A DNA stretch of 64,000 nucleotides from an uncultured Dehalococcoidia bacterium (GCA_964343075.1 CAYFGT010000006.1:2016-66015); one strand, 5' to 3'. Counted from the stretch's first letter, positions 46,422-56,426 are shown. Made by a program: numbers and translations. Notes: generated by a model not told the origin, from the letters alone.

Positions 46422-47444
46422 CTAACTCGATAACCTCGAACCTGATATCAATCTAGATGCTAACTTGATAGCCTCTATCATACTCAATGGATCTGCTATC
46501 CCTTTTTCTGCTATGTCAAATGCTGTTCCGTGGTCCACAGAAGTCCTAACAAAAGGTAATCCTAAATTGGCAGTTATACTTTCTTCGAATCCATACACTT
46601 TTACAGGAATATGACCTTGATCATGATACATACACAACACTACATCATATTGATCATTTATTGCCTGATGGAATATTATATCTGCAGGAATCGGACCTTC
46701 CACATTTAACCCATTCTTCTTTGCCTCCAACACCGCAGGAAGAATCTCTTCATTCTCTTCAGTCCCTAAAAGACCTCCATCACTTCCGTGAGGATTTAAC
46801 GCAGCCACACCAATCCTGGGATTCTCAAATCCCCATTTTTTAAAATTTTCATCCGTAATTTGTAAATAATCCAAGATCCGATCTTGGGTCACATAATCAC
46901 AAGCTATCCTCAATGACCTGTGCGTTGTTAAATGAACCACTCGTAAATTCTTTGCAATCAACATGGTAGCAACTGTCTTCGAACCAGTTAATTCTTGAAG
47001 CAATTCCATATGTCCGATTGCTTCATAACCTGCTAAACTAGCTGCTTCTTTATTTAATGGGGCGGTTGCGATGCCACCTATCAATCCTCGGATTGCTAAT
47101 TCACCCGCATGAGTCACCCATTCCATTGCAGCCTTCCCGCAAATAGGATTAATTTCTCCTATCGTAACGTCTTCATAATTAAGGTTCCCTATATCTATAA
47201 CATTAATCGCTTTTCTGTCTTTCCCTTGATTCCGACCGATATCAGTTTCAGAGATTTCAGTTATTGTTACATCACACTCCAACATACGCGCAGTATGTTT
47301 AAGAGACTGCTTATTCCCGATAACGACAGGCACACACCAGTCATAAACGCGTGGATCTTGTAATGCTTTAATAACAACCTCAGGGCCAATCCCACAAGGA
47401 TCTCCCATTGTCAGTCCTAAGTGTGGCTTATCATTCATATGCAC
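46422..47444 (-). CDS. pdxA: PdxA-family 4-hydroxythreonine-4-phosphate dehydrogenase
   Basis: 340 aa. LTMGDPCGIGPEV, LNPHGSDGG and VDHGTAFDIA motifs. Confidence 0.85.
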   Translation of the reverse strand: MHMNDKPHLGLTMGDPCGIGPEVVIKALQDPRVYDWCVPVVIGNKQSLKHTARMLECDVTITEISETDIGRNQGKDRKAINVIDIGNLNYEDVTIGEINPICGKAAMEWVTHAGELAIRGLIGGIATAPLNKEAASLAGYEAIGHMELLQELTGSKTVATMLIAKNLRVVHLTTHRSLRIACDYVTQDRILDYLQITDENFKKWGFENPRIGVAALNPHGSDGGLLGTEENEEILPAVLEAKKNGLNVEGPIPADIIFHQAINDQYDVVLCMYHDQGHIPVKVYGFEESITANLGLPFVRTSVDHGTAFDIAEKGIADPLSMIEAIKLASRLISGSRLSS

Positions 47445-47486
47445 CTCTTCAGAGTTACTTGCTTAAGATAGATAATATATCTTTTT

Positions 47487-47528
47487 GCAAAAAAATACCC
47501 CACCCTAATTAGCATTAAAGTGGGGTAT
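47487..47528 (-). terminator. rho-independent terminator of nrdJ
   Basis: Minus-strand RNA forms AUACCCCAC-(16 nt)-GUGGGGUAU followed by UUUUUUUGC. It starts 11 nt after the nrdJ stop. Confidence 0.7.
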
Positions 47529-47538
47529 CACGTTGCCT

Positions 47539-49869
47539 TTAATCACATTTGCTGTAGCCACAAGACATACATTTGTCACACCCTTCTTCCATTATTAATG
47601 TACCATCGCATTCCGGGCAAGGTTTACCTCCTAACCCAATGATACTCTCTAGTGACCAGCTCCGATCTTCAATTTCTTTGGCTCCATCCACATAGTTTCT
47701 TAGCGCTATCGCAACAGCGTCCGGCGTCGATTTTACTAATTCACCTTCATCCCACGCAGGACTGTCATCTGAAATTCCTTTCAATTGCTCGACAATTTCA
47801 TCAGCTCTTATACCTGATCTCAACGCTAGCGATATCAATCTTGATATAGCCTCAAGTTGAGCAGAGTCACTCCCTCCGGCTTTACCGAGTGCACCAAATA
47901 CCTCAAATGGATTGCCTTCTTCGTCACAGTTGATTGTGATATACATATTTCCGTGACCGGTTCTCACTAAATGAGTTGTTCCATTCAAAACCCTTGGTCT
48001 CTCTGCTGCAGTCCTTTCGGTGCTGGCGTCATCAGATTTTGTTAGACTACCCCCAGTGTTCAATGTCTGTCCTGATTTACTTCCGTCTCTATAAACTGTG
48101 ATTCCTTTGCATCCAGTTTCATAAGCTAGCGTATACGCTTCCTTCACGTCAGATACTGTAGCGTCAGAAGGGAAATTGATAGTCTTAGATACGGAATTAT
48201 CTGTGAATTTCTGGAATGCGGCTTGCATTCTGACATGCCATTCTGGGCTAATATCGTGAGCCGTTCTAAAGACTTCTTTCACCCATTCGGGAACGTCCAT
48301 ATCATGCAATGTTCCTTTTTCTGCAAGTTCTTCCATCAGTTCTTGAGAGTAAAATCCTTCACTTCTCGCTACCGCTTCAAAATATGGATTCGCTTCAACT
48401 AGTTTAGTATTATCCATAATGTTTCTAACATAAGACAAGGCAAACAGGGGTTCAATGCCACTCGATGTACCTGCGATGATACTGATAGTTCCTGTCGGCG
48501 CTATAGTTACAGGAGCTGAATTTCTCATCTTGCGTTTGTTAACGCCTTGGTTGTATACACTTTCTTCCCAAGCAGGGAATGTTCCTCTGATTTCAGATAA
48601 CTCACCGGATGCCTTGTACGTCTCTTCTTGTATCCGCTCCATGATAGCTTCTGCCAAACCTACAGCTTCATAAGAATCATACTTGATTCCCAATTGGACC
48701 AGCAGATCAGCAAATCCCATGATACCAACGCCTATTCGCCTGGTTGTTCTACTCATTTCAGCAATCTCTTCGATAGGATAGTTGTTCATGTCAATCACAT
48801 TATCAAGTAAATGAACTGACGATTTGACAGTTGTATTCAATCTATCCCAATCTATCTCTACTACATCACCTTTGAAGTGAACCATATGAGCAAGATTAAT
48901 GGAGCCTAGATTACAAGACTCATAAGGTAACAATGGTTGTTCTCCACATGGGTTGGTACTTTCGATTCTACCAAGTTGCGGATTTGGATTATCTCTATTG
49001 ATACGATCCAAAAACACGATACCTGGGTCCCCTGTCTTCCAGGCCAATTCTGTCATCGAGTCAAAGACCTGTTTCGCATTTAATGTCCCGGCGATAGACC
49101 CATCGTGGGGATTAATCAAATCATAATCTTCATTCGCAGCAACTTTCTCCATGAATTCTTCTGTAATCGCAACAGATATATTGAAGTTATTCAAATGCAT
49201 CCCATCTTCTTTCGAAGTTATAAATTTCATTACATCCGGATGAGTGACTTCCAATATACCCATATTGGCGCCCCTTCGAGTTCCTCCTTGTTTTACTACA
49301 TCAGTAGCAGCATCAAATGCATTTATGAAGCTCACTGGACCAGATGCTATACCTCCGGTTGAGCCCACAGTATCCCCTTCTGGCCTGAGCCTACTGAAAG
49401 AGAATCCTGTTCCTCCTCCACTTTTGTGAATGATTGCAGTGTGGCGCACCCTTTCGAATATAGCATCCAATGAGTCTTCTACTGGAAGAACAAAACAAGC
49501 AGATAATTGTTGCAGATCGCGGCCGGCATTCATTAGAGTCGGAGAATTCGGCAAAAAGTCTAATCTCCTCATCACACTGCGAAATTTTTCTATCGCCTCT
49601 TCTTTGCTTTTTTTCGTATTGCTATAGTTTGACTCTGCTTCAGCAAGATTTTCAGCAACTCTGGTAAACATGTCCTCAAAGTTTTCTAAAACATTCCCAT
49701 TTCGATCTTTACCAAGGTACCGCCTCTCCAACACAACCTTAGAATTATCATATAGTTCCGGAGCGTCACTATTAATCCTTTGTTCAAGGACAGTGCCTAC
49801 TAATGCAGACTTAATAATCCTTTTTATTTCCTGCTGGGCCTCATCAGTGTCTTTTCTTATAATTGTCAT
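47539..49869 (-). CDS. nrdJ: class II (adenosylcobalamin-dependent) ribonucleotide reductase
   Basis: 776 aa, single chain. TNPCGEQPL active-site Cys loop and a C-terminal Cys-rich tail CPECDG...CDKCMSCGYSKC. No nrdB-type partner. Confidence 0.9.
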   Translation of the reverse strand: MTIIRKDTDEAQQEIKRIIKSALVGTVLEQRINSDAPELYDNSKVVLERRYLGKDRNGNVLENFEDMFTRVAENLAEAESNYSNTKKSKEEAIEKFRSVMRRLDFLPNSPTLMNAGRDLQQLSACFVLPVEDSLDAIFERVRHTAIIHKSGGGTGFSFSRLRPEGDTVGSTGGIASGPVSFINAFDAATDVVKQGGTRRGANMGILEVTHPDVMKFITSKEDGMHLNNFNISVAITEEFMEKVAANEDYDLINPHDGSIAGTLNAKQVFDSMTELAWKTGDPGIVFLDRINRDNPNPQLGRIESTNPCGEQPLLPYESCNLGSINLAHMVHFKGDVVEIDWDRLNTTVKSSVHLLDNVIDMNNYPIEEIAEMSRTTRRIGVGIMGFADLLVQLGIKYDSYEAVGLAEAIMERIQEETYKASGELSEIRGTFPAWEESVYNQGVNKRKMRNSAPVTIAPTGTISIIAGTSSGIEPLFALSYVRNIMDNTKLVEANPYFEAVARSEGFYSQELMEELAEKGTLHDMDVPEWVKEVFRTAHDISPEWHVRMQAAFQKFTDNSVSKTINFPSDATVSDVKEAYTLAYETGCKGITVYRDGSKSGQTLNTGGSLTKSDDASTERTAAERPRVLNGTTHLVRTGHGNMYITINCDEEGNPFEVFGALGKAGGSDSAQLEAISRLISLALRSGIRADEIVEQLKGISDDSPAWDEGELVKSTPDAVAIALRNYVDGAKEIEDRSWSLESIIGLGGKPCPECDGTLIMEEGCDKCMSCGYSKCD

Positions 49870-49916
49870 CTTCTACCTTTTACTTATTTTATTGATAATA
49901 ATTTCTTTGTGACTAC

Positions 49917-49960
49917 TACATAATGTATGCTGATACCTATCACATACCACAAATAGTGGT
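49917..49960 (-). promoter_or_regulatory. two NrdR-box-like palindromes upstream of nrdJ
   Basis: TACATAATGTA (49917..49927) and ACCACAAATAGTGGT (49946..49960), 31 bp centre to centre. Both lie just downstream of the putative -10. Confidence 0.5.
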
Positions 49961-49964
49961 TGTA

Positions 49965-49994
49965 ATTTTATGGAGGTGGTTATTCAAAAGTCAA
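49965..49994 (-). promoter_or_regulatory. nrdJ promoter TTGACT-N18-TAAAAT
   Basis: Read on the minus strand, with -35 at 49994..49989 and -10 at 49970..49965. Confidence 0.45.
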
Positions 49995-50056
49995 GCACTT
50001 TAATGCGTAATAATCGAGATCTTTTTTTACCGATACCTACTAGCTTTCCGTTTTTC

Positions 50057-50503
50057 CTACGAATCCAACAGGTCTGAGACGACTTGTTGGAAGCTTTCAA
50101 CATCCTGAAAGTCTTTATATACACTAGCCCATCTGATATACGCTACACGGTCTAATCCTTTCAACTTAACCATTACCAGTTCACCCAAAGCGGTCGATGT
50201 TATCTCGGAAGTCGCTGACTTAACTAATTCATTCTCAATCTGATCGACAACTTCTTCAATTTCAAACATTGTTATTGGTCTTTTAGCGCAGGCCTTGCTC
50301 AATCCGGTTATCAATTTGCTTCGATTGAAGTCTTCTTGTCGACCGTTCTGTTTGGTAACCATTATGTTGGTTGTTTGGATCCGTTCATATGTTGTAAAAC
50401 GTTTTGCGCATTGGCTGCATTCTCGCCTGCGCCGTATAGCATTGTTAACAGATCTGGAATCAGTAACTCTCAAATCATTATTCTGACAGAATGGACATTC
50501 CAT
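50057..50503 (-). CDS. nrdR: transcriptional repressor NrdR
   Basis: 148 aa. MECPFCQNNDLRVTDSR zinc ribbon plus an ATP-cone. Confidence 0.95.
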   Translation of the reverse strand: MECPFCQNNDLRVTDSRSVNNAIRRRRECSQCAKRFTTYERIQTTNIMVTKQNGRQEDFNRSKLITGLSKACAKRPITMFEIEEVVDQIENELVKSATSEITSTALGELVMVKLKGLDRVAYIRWASVYKDFQDVESFQQVVSDLLDS

Positions 50504-50585
50504 GACTCACCTTTTTAATACTTGACTAAAAATCACCTGAATCACCAACAACCTGTCAGAAGTATTTAGGCTCACCGTATCACCT

Positions 50586-50620
50586 AAGCAGGGAAGGCTT
50601 CGAATTTCATTTCCCTGCTT
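50586..50620 (-). other. 10-bp perfect stem-loop between ftsZ and nrdR
   Basis: AAGCAGGGAA-(15 nt)-TTCCCTGCTT. No U-tract on either strand, so the function (terminator or processing site) is unclear. Confidence 0.35.
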
Positions 50621-50656
50621 GCTTCTATACTTAAAGTACCAGGTACCTATGAACCT

Positions 50657-51793
50657 TTATTTAAAAAGACTCCAGCGGCTGCTCGTATTCTGCTTTCGTA
50701 AGAAACTTGGAACATCCAACTCATCTTCCACGGGAGTCACACTCTCTTCTAACAGCTTTTGAAATTCTTCTTCTCGCTGCTTGTAATTATCGTTGTATAC
50801 AGGGAATGATGCAGCCACCATAGTGATTTTGACTTCATCATCTAATTTTGAATCTCTACTAGTTCCAAAAATAATATTAGCCTCGGGATCAGCCATACTT
50901 TGTATCACATTAGCTGCATCTTGCACTTCTCTCAACGTTAACGTTGCTCCGCCAGTGATAACAAACAGTATTTTTCTGGCACCACTCATTTCGATGTCTA
51001 ACAGAGGGCTCTCTGTAGCCTGACGCGCTGCATCTGCTGCACGATTCTCACCTTTACCTTTACCAATCGCAAGCCATGCCTGCCCAGCGTTAGCCAGAAT
51101 GGTCTTCACATCAGCAAAGTCCACATTAATTTCCCCTGGTATCGTAACAACTTCAGATATTGCTTGGATTCCTTGATGAAGCACAGAATCAGCTGTCTTC
51201 AACGCTTCTTCCCAAGTAAAATCTTCATCTTTCAATTCATTTAGTTCCAAGAGTCGATCATTAGGTATAGTAATTAATGTATCTACCTGTTCTTTTAGTC
51301 TCTCAATCCCTTCCTCTGCATTCTTTTTCCGAGCTTGCGACTCAAAGGTGAAAGGTTTACTAACCACAGCAACTGTCAACGCACCTGCTTCTTTTGCTAT
51401 TTCGGCTACAACAGGCGCCGCTCCTGTACCAGTTCCGCCACCCATTCCGACCGCAATAAACACTAGATCGGCATCACTCACCACAGCTTCGATTTCTTTC
51501 CTGCTTTCATCTGCAGCCTGCCGTCCAATTTCTGGCTGAGCACCGGCTCCTAATCCTCGTGTAGCATTAGATCCTAATGCTATGCGATGCGCCACATCAC
51601 ATCTAAACAGATGTTGAGCATCTGTGTTTAATGCGTAATACTCCACTCCGTCCAGTTTATCTTTGAACATGCGACTTACCGCATTACTTCCTCCACCACC
51701 GATACCAATTACCTTTATTCTTGCAGTTTCCCTTGATATTTGTGGCTGAGCTTCTGAATTGTCAATCTCCCACGCCCCGCTATTTTCTGCCAT
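50657..51793 (-). CDS. ftsZ: cell division GTPase FtsZ
   Basis: GGGTGTGAAPV tubulin signature. I place the start at the ATG of MAENSG (51793) because GGGAGG lies 4 nt upstream. The listed ORF starts 18 nt earlier. Confidence 0.95.
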   Translation of the reverse strand: MAENSGAWEIDNSEAQPQISRETARIKVIGIGGGGSNAVSRMFKDKLDGVEYYALNTDAQHLFRCDVAHRIALGSNATRGLGAGAQPEIGRQAADESRKEIEAVVSDADLVFIAVGMGGGTGTGAAPVVAEIAKEAGALTVAVVSKPFTFESQARKKNAEEGIERLKEQVDTLITIPNDRLLELNELKDEDFTWEEALKTADSVLHQGIQAISEVVTIPGEINVDFADVKTILANAGQAWLAIGKGKGENRAADAARQATESPLLDIEMSGARKILFVITGGATLTLREVQDAANVIQSMADPEANIIFGTSRDSKLDDEVKITMVAASFPVYNDNYKQREEEFQKLLEESVTPVEDELDVPSFLRKQNTSSRWSLFK

Positions 51794-51877
51794 TTTACCT
51801 CCCATAATCACAACAATTAATTTATATTATCTATTTATCCGCAAATTTTTAAACTGGGTTCTGTCATGCTTAACCAC

Positions 51878-53104
51878 TCACGCAAGAGCTCGCTCTTTTT
51901 TTCCAAGGATTTTCTTAATCTGAGACCACATATTTTCTTGAGGAAAACTCTGCCTCTCTCCTTGATGCTTAACCGCCCACAGTAACAATCCTACTGCAGA
52001 TGAATATTCAGGCTTCTGCAGTTGAGTGGGCAAACCTTTTATACCTGCAGGATAAGCCATCCTTATTGGTATATCTAAATTATCATTGATTAATTCTGCA
52101 AGACCATTTAATTTTGATCCTCCACCAGTAATTACCAAACCTCCATTAGGTATAGCTCTCAATCCAGACGCTGAAATTGATTGGGTAATCAATCGAAGCC
52201 ATTCAAGCATTCGAGACTGTATAGGCACTGAAACATCTCGCTTTAAAACTGTTTTCCGATCATCTCCTTGAAATCCAGGAACGACGATTTCTTCATTGGA
52301 ATTAATCATAGACGGCATACAATTCCCATACTTGATTTTTATTTCTTCTCCAGCCCGGAACGGTACTCCTAGTGCAGCCGAAATATCCCGAGTGACCATA
52401 TTACCTCCTATCGGCACCACTGTTGAATACCAGGGACTCCCTTCCTTAAAAACAACAATATCAGTTGTAGATTCTCCTATATCAATCAGAACCGACCCTA
52501 TTTCTCTTTCATCGCCTGTTATTACAGATTCAGCCGCTGCCAAGCCTTGAAATACAGCACCATTCACAGGCATTTTATTCGATGTAACTGATTTAAGAGT
52601 GTTCCTAAGATCGATTGAATTCATGCTTACAACATGAGATTCCACTTCCACAGTTCGAGCATGCAATCCTAAGGGATTTCTCGTTTTGTTATACCCGTCG
52701 ATATTAAATCCGACGGGTATAACATGAAGAACATCGTTAACAGGATCGCTTTCGGGATAACAAGACTCTATTAATTGCCTGATTTTAGAGGCACTGATAA
52801 TTTCTTTTTCGCTTTTGTTCAGAGCAAGATTCATAACATTCTTGGATGAGATCCCTTGACCTGTAACACCTACATAAGCACCTGACAAATTACTCCTACC
52901 GGTATACTCTTCAGCATTTTCTAATGCTAACCTAACGGTTTCCTTTAGCTCGGCTACATCGTCAACCAAACCTTTGTTCAAACCTTTTGTAACCGTACGC
53001 CCCATGCCAACTACTTTAAGCTCTCCTTCTGAGCCAACCCTGCCAATAATTACAGTAGTGTAACCGGATCCTATGTCTATACCGATATGAAACTTATCTT
53101 TCAT
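51878..53104 (-). CDS. ftsA: cell division protein FtsA
   Basis: Actin-fold motifs GIDIGSGYT and DIGESTTD. I prefer the start MKDKFHIG (53104), which has GGAGG 8 nt upstream. The listed TTG start is at 53119. Confidence 0.9.
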   Translation of the reverse strand: MKDKFHIGIDIGSGYTTVIIGRVGSEGELKVVGMGRTVTKGLNKGLVDDVAELKETVRLALENAEEYTGRSNLSGAYVGVTGQGISSKNVMNLALNKSEKEIISASKIRQLIESCYPESDPVNDVLHVIPVGFNIDGYNKTRNPLGLHARTVEVESHVVSMNSIDLRNTLKSVTSNKMPVNGAVFQGLAAAESVITGDEREIGSVLIDIGESTTDIVVFKEGSPWYSTVVPIGGNMVTRDISAALGVPFRAGEEIKIKYGNCMPSMINSNEEIVVPGFQGDDRKTVLKRDVSVPIQSRMLEWLRLITQSISASGLRAIPNGGLVITGGGSKLNGLAELINDNLDIPIRMAYPAGIKGLPTQLQKPEYSSAVGLLLWAVKHQGERQSFPQENMWSQIKKILGKKERALA

Positions 53105-53125
53105 CTCCATTCCCTCCAACTAGAT

Positions 53126-54046
53126 TTAAACTATTTTCTCAGCTATGCGCAGGCGGGCACTCCGGCTCCGCCTATTTCCATCAATTTCCTCTTTACTTGG
53201 CGTGATGACTTTTCGATTAATCAAGCGTAATTCAGGTTCTAGATCACAAACACAAACAGGAATGTTCTTGGAACATTCACAGAATTGCGAATTATCCCTC
53301 ATGAAGTTTTTAACTATGCGATCTTCTAGGCTGTGATAGCTTATAACCGCCATACGACCGTTTTTCTCTAACAAACTCAATGCGCCGACAAGTCCTACCT
53401 TCAAGTCGTCCAGTTCACCATTAACCTCGATTCGTAGCGCTTGAAAAACTCGAGTTGCAGGATTTCTGTTCACGGAGCCTGGGATGCATTGCTTGACTAA
53501 ATCTGCCAAGTCACTAGTGGTACGTAAAGGTCTATCAGACACTATCCGTCTTGCTATGCGTTTAGAGTATCTTTCTTCTCCATATTCTCGGAAGATCTGA
53601 CACAAAATCTCGTAAGGATACTCATTTACTACATGCATTGCTGTTAAGGTTTCTGATTTATCAAAACGCATATCCAAATCTTCTGATTTATTGAAACTAA
53701 ACCCATAGCCTGGTAGTTCGACTTGCCTAGATGAAATTCCAAGATCCAGTAAGACCCCACTTACTGAACCAACATTTTCGTCCGCCAGCTTTTCCATCAT
53801 ATTTGCGTATGAACCTTGAATCAATTTGAATCTTCCCCTATACGAATCCAATACTTGTTCTGCAGTTTTCAATCCTTGCAGGTCTTTATCGAATCCCACC
53901 AAGTATCCTCCAGGACCGGTATGTTCCAAAATGATCCTTGAATGACCTCCATCCCCAACCGTACCGTCTAACCAATTTCCGCCAGACCTCAACTGCAAGC
54001 CGTCAACAATTTCATTGACCATCACGGGAATATGTATGGAATTCAA
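53126..54046 (-). CDS. rsmH: 16S rRNA m4C1402 methyltransferase RsmH
   Basis: HIPVMVNEIV...DGTVGDGGHS signature. The listed 355-aa ORF carries a Cys/Phe-rich 49-aa extension that overlaps a terminator hairpin, so I start at TTG 54046 (uncertain by a few codons). Confidence 0.85.
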   Translation of the reverse strand: MNSIHIPVMVNEIVDGLQLRSGGNWLDGTVGDGGHSRIILEHTGPGGYLVGFDKDLQGLKTAEQVLDSYRGRFKLIQGSYANMMEKLADENVGSVSGVLLDLGISSRQVELPGYGFSFNKSEDLDMRFDKSETLTAMHVVNEYPYEILCQIFREYGEERYSKRIARRIVSDRPLRTTSDLADLVKQCIPGSVNRNPATRVFQALRIEVNGELDDLKVGLVGALSLLEKNGRMAVISYHSLEDRIVKNFMRDNSQFCECSKNIPVCVCDLEPELRLINRKVITPSKEEIDGNRRSRSARLRIAEKIV

Positions 54047-54092
54047 ATCTATATCAACACTTTTCCTCAGAAGTATGAGTGTGCAGAATAAG

Positions 54093-54126
54093 AAAAACCG
54101 GCCTGCAGGCAATCTACAGACCGGCC
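54093..54126 (-). terminator. orphan rho-independent terminator upstream of rsmH
   Basis: Minus-strand RNA forms CCGGUCUG-(11 nt)-CAGGCCGG followed by UUUUUCUUAUUCU. It is GC-rich in an AT-rich region, and no gene lies upstream on this strand. Confidence 0.55.
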
Positions 54127-54182
54127 ATTCAATTATGATGAGAATATAATTACACCACCCCGCACAACACCCTACAAAGGAT

Positions 54183-54212
54183 AGAATAAACATCCAACAA
54201 CGTTCCAGTCAA
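54183..54212 (-). promoter_or_regulatory. candidate promoter TTGACT-N18-TATTCT driving the leader/sRNA that ends at the orphan terminator
   Basis: Read on the minus strand, with -35 at 54212..54207 and -10 at 54188..54183. This would give a roughly 85-nt transcript up to the terminator. Confidence 0.35.
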
Positions 54213-54411
54213 TTTAAAAAGTAACCAAAATTGGTCATTTTTTATGATTTTTATAAAAAAAGAACCAAAACTTCGATTCTAGGATTTTTCCAGAACTTCA
54301 GATGAGTGTTTTTAACACATTCTAACTTCCCCATAAATATTAAATATGCTATACTCGCTAACCGATATTCTATACGGGAGACCACCATACACCCTATATA
54401 CGGAGTTTTTT

Positions 54412-55740
54412 GTGGAAATACAAACTGAAAGCGAGCAAATTGGAGAAATCATTGTCACTGTGACTTTAACAGAACAAGATGAAGATCCCTACTTGGATCG
54501 ATCCTACAAACGTCTTGTGAGCCGACTTAAGGTTCCGGGATTCAGACCTGGAAAGGCACCTAAAAGTATCGTAGAGTCAATGGTAGGCCGAGTGGGGTTA
54601 GTAAATGAAGCCATCGAATTCATGATTCCCGAATCCTTGGATCAGGCCCTAAAGGAAAATGATATCGCTGCGTTCGCTGAACCGCATATTGAACTACTTG
54701 CCATGGAACCCACCCAGTTTAAAGCCACTGTACCATTAGAACCTGTTGTAGTCTTAGGTGACGCTAAAGAAATACAAATACAACGCGACCCTGTAGAAAT
54801 CACAGATCAACAAGTAACAGACGTGATCGAAAGAGTGAGGAATGAACAAGCAAGTTGGGAACCTGTAGAACGAGATGTGCAGTATTCAGATTTGTTAAAT
54901 ATCAATGTACAAGGAACTATTGAAGGCGAATTAGTAATAGACGATTCGGAAATAGACTTCATTCCTATTGAAGATTCAGTATTACCGTTCCCTGGTTTTG
55001 CTCCCAACTTACTAGGGCATAAAGAATCTGAATCCCTGAGTTTTGAGATCACAATTCCTGAAGATTACGCTAGGAAAGAATATGCTGGCAAAAAGTGTGA
55101 TTTTGACGTAACCATCCTGTCTGTGAAAGAAAAAAATCTGCCAGACATTGACGACGAATTTGCAAAAGGAATTGGAGAAGGTTTCGAAACCTTAGACGAT
55201 TTCAAAACAAATTTAATGGATCAACTCACTACAGAAGCAGATTCTCAGGCAGCATTAAAATTGCAAGAAGACAGTCTGAATCAACTAGTAGAAATATCAG
55301 ATATACAAGCGTCTGCCTTATTATATGAAAGGGAAGTCGATTCTTTGAGGCGCGAGCGGGAACAAGCCTTATCAAATCAACAAGTGGACCTGGACACATA
55401 TCTAACATACATCGGCAAATCACCCGAAGAATTTACAAAAGAACTTGAGCAATCCGCAAGCGAACGGCTGAATAGATTCTTAGTACTAAAGCAGTTCTCT
55501 CAGGACGAAGAGATTGAAGTCACTGAAGATGATGTACAAACAGAAATAGATAATATGTTAAAATCTTATGAGGAATCAGACGAAACTCGGGAGAGGATGG
55601 AATCATTCTTTAATACCGAGAGTACAAAAGATTCCATACGGTCTTCCATGTTTAACCGCAAGGTTTTGGAAAGGCTAGTACAGTTAACTGAGGTAACCTC
55701 AGATGATGCACCTGACAACACTGATAACGGATCTGAGTAA
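54412..55740 (+). CDS. tig: trigger factor
   Basis: GFRPGKAP ribosome-binding motif. I prefer the GTG start at 54412 (GGAG 8 nt upstream) over the listed ATG at 54346. Confidence 0.85.
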   Translation: MEIQTESEQIGEIIVTVTLTEQDEDPYLDRSYKRLVSRLKVPGFRPGKAPKSIVESMVGRVGLVNEAIEFMIPESLDQALKENDIAAFAEPHIELLAMEPTQFKATVPLEPVVVLGDAKEIQIQRDPVEITDQQVTDVIERVRNEQASWEPVERDVQYSDLLNINVQGTIEGELVIDDSEIDFIPIEDSVLPFPGFAPNLLGHKESESLSFEITIPEDYARKEYAGKKCDFDVTILSVKEKNLPDIDDEFAKGIGEGFETLDDFKTNLMDQLTTEADSQAALKLQEDSLNQLVEISDIQASALLYEREVDSLRREREQALSNQQVDLDTYLTYIGKSPEEFTKELEQSASERLNRFLVLKQFSQDEEIEVTEDDVQTEIDNMLKSYEESDETRERMESFFNTESTKDSIRSSMFNRKVLERLVQLTEVTSDDAPDNTDNGSE

Positions 55741-55775
55741 GTACCAAACAACAAATCGAGAACAGGAGCCGCACG

Positions 55776-56426
55776 ATGTTAATTAATCCCTTCGAATCCT
55801 ATGAAAGAAGTATCAGAGATCAAGAACCAGAACAAAACATTGTTCCAATGGTAATTGAAACAAGTAATCGAGGTGAACGCGCTTTTGACATTTATTCCCT
55901 ACTGCTAAAAGAAAGAATCGTCTTCTTAGGGACTCCCATAGCAGATCCAGTAGCCAATCTGATTGTAGCTCAGCTCCTGTATCTAGAGAGAGAAGATCCT
56001 GATCGTCCGATTAGTATGTACATTAATAGCCCAGGGGGAGTAATTAGTGCCGGTTTAGCTATCTATGACACTATGCAAATGATCAAACCAGAAGTCTCTA
56101 CGGTATGCCTAGGTATGGCCGCTAGTATGGCAACAGTCCTACTATGTGGCGGTGCCAAAGGTAAACGATACGCACTGCCTAGTTCTACAATCCATATGCA
56201 TCAAGCATTAGGCGGAGCACAAGGACAGGCCACCGATATAGAAATAGCAGCTAAAGAGATACTCAGATTACAAGACAAACTCAGAACGATATTGTCTACT
56301 CAAACTGGTCAAACATATGAAAAGATAGCGCAAGATAGTGATCGCGACTACTACCTTACATCGGACCAAGCAGTAGAGTATGGATTGATTGACGAAATTT
56401 TAGGATCCAGCTCAAACGACTCCTGA
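55776..56426 (+). CDS. clpP: ATP-dependent Clp protease proteolytic subunit
   Basis: 216 aa. Catalytic GMAASMA (Ser) and HQALGG (His) blocks. Confidence 0.95.
   Translation: MLINPFESYERSIRDQEPEQNIVPMVIETSNRGERAFDIYSLLLKERIVFLGTPIADPVANLIVAQLLYLEREDPDRPISMYINSPGGVISAGLAIYDTMQMIKPEVSTVCLGMAASMATVLLCGGAKGKRYALPSSTIHMHQALGGAQGQATDIEIAAKEILRLQDKLRTILSTQTGQTYEKIAQDSDRDYYLTSDQAVEYGLIDEILGSSSNDS

Noticed and set aside
49870-50056. A cobalamin riboswitch might lie upstream of the B12-dependent RNR.
   Set aside because: The 187-nt region is AT-rich and has no B12-box-like GC-rich core. It is better explained by a promoter plus NrdR-box-like palindromes.
54047-54193. The listed rsmH ORF starts at ATG 54193, giving a 49-aa N-terminal extension (MFILSFVGCCAGWCNYILIIIEWPVCRLPAGRFF...).
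   Set aside because: RsmH proteins start just before the HIPVM motif. The extension is compositionally odd, and the DNA beneath it encodes a clean hairpin plus U-tract terminator on the same strand. I treat it as non-coding leader.
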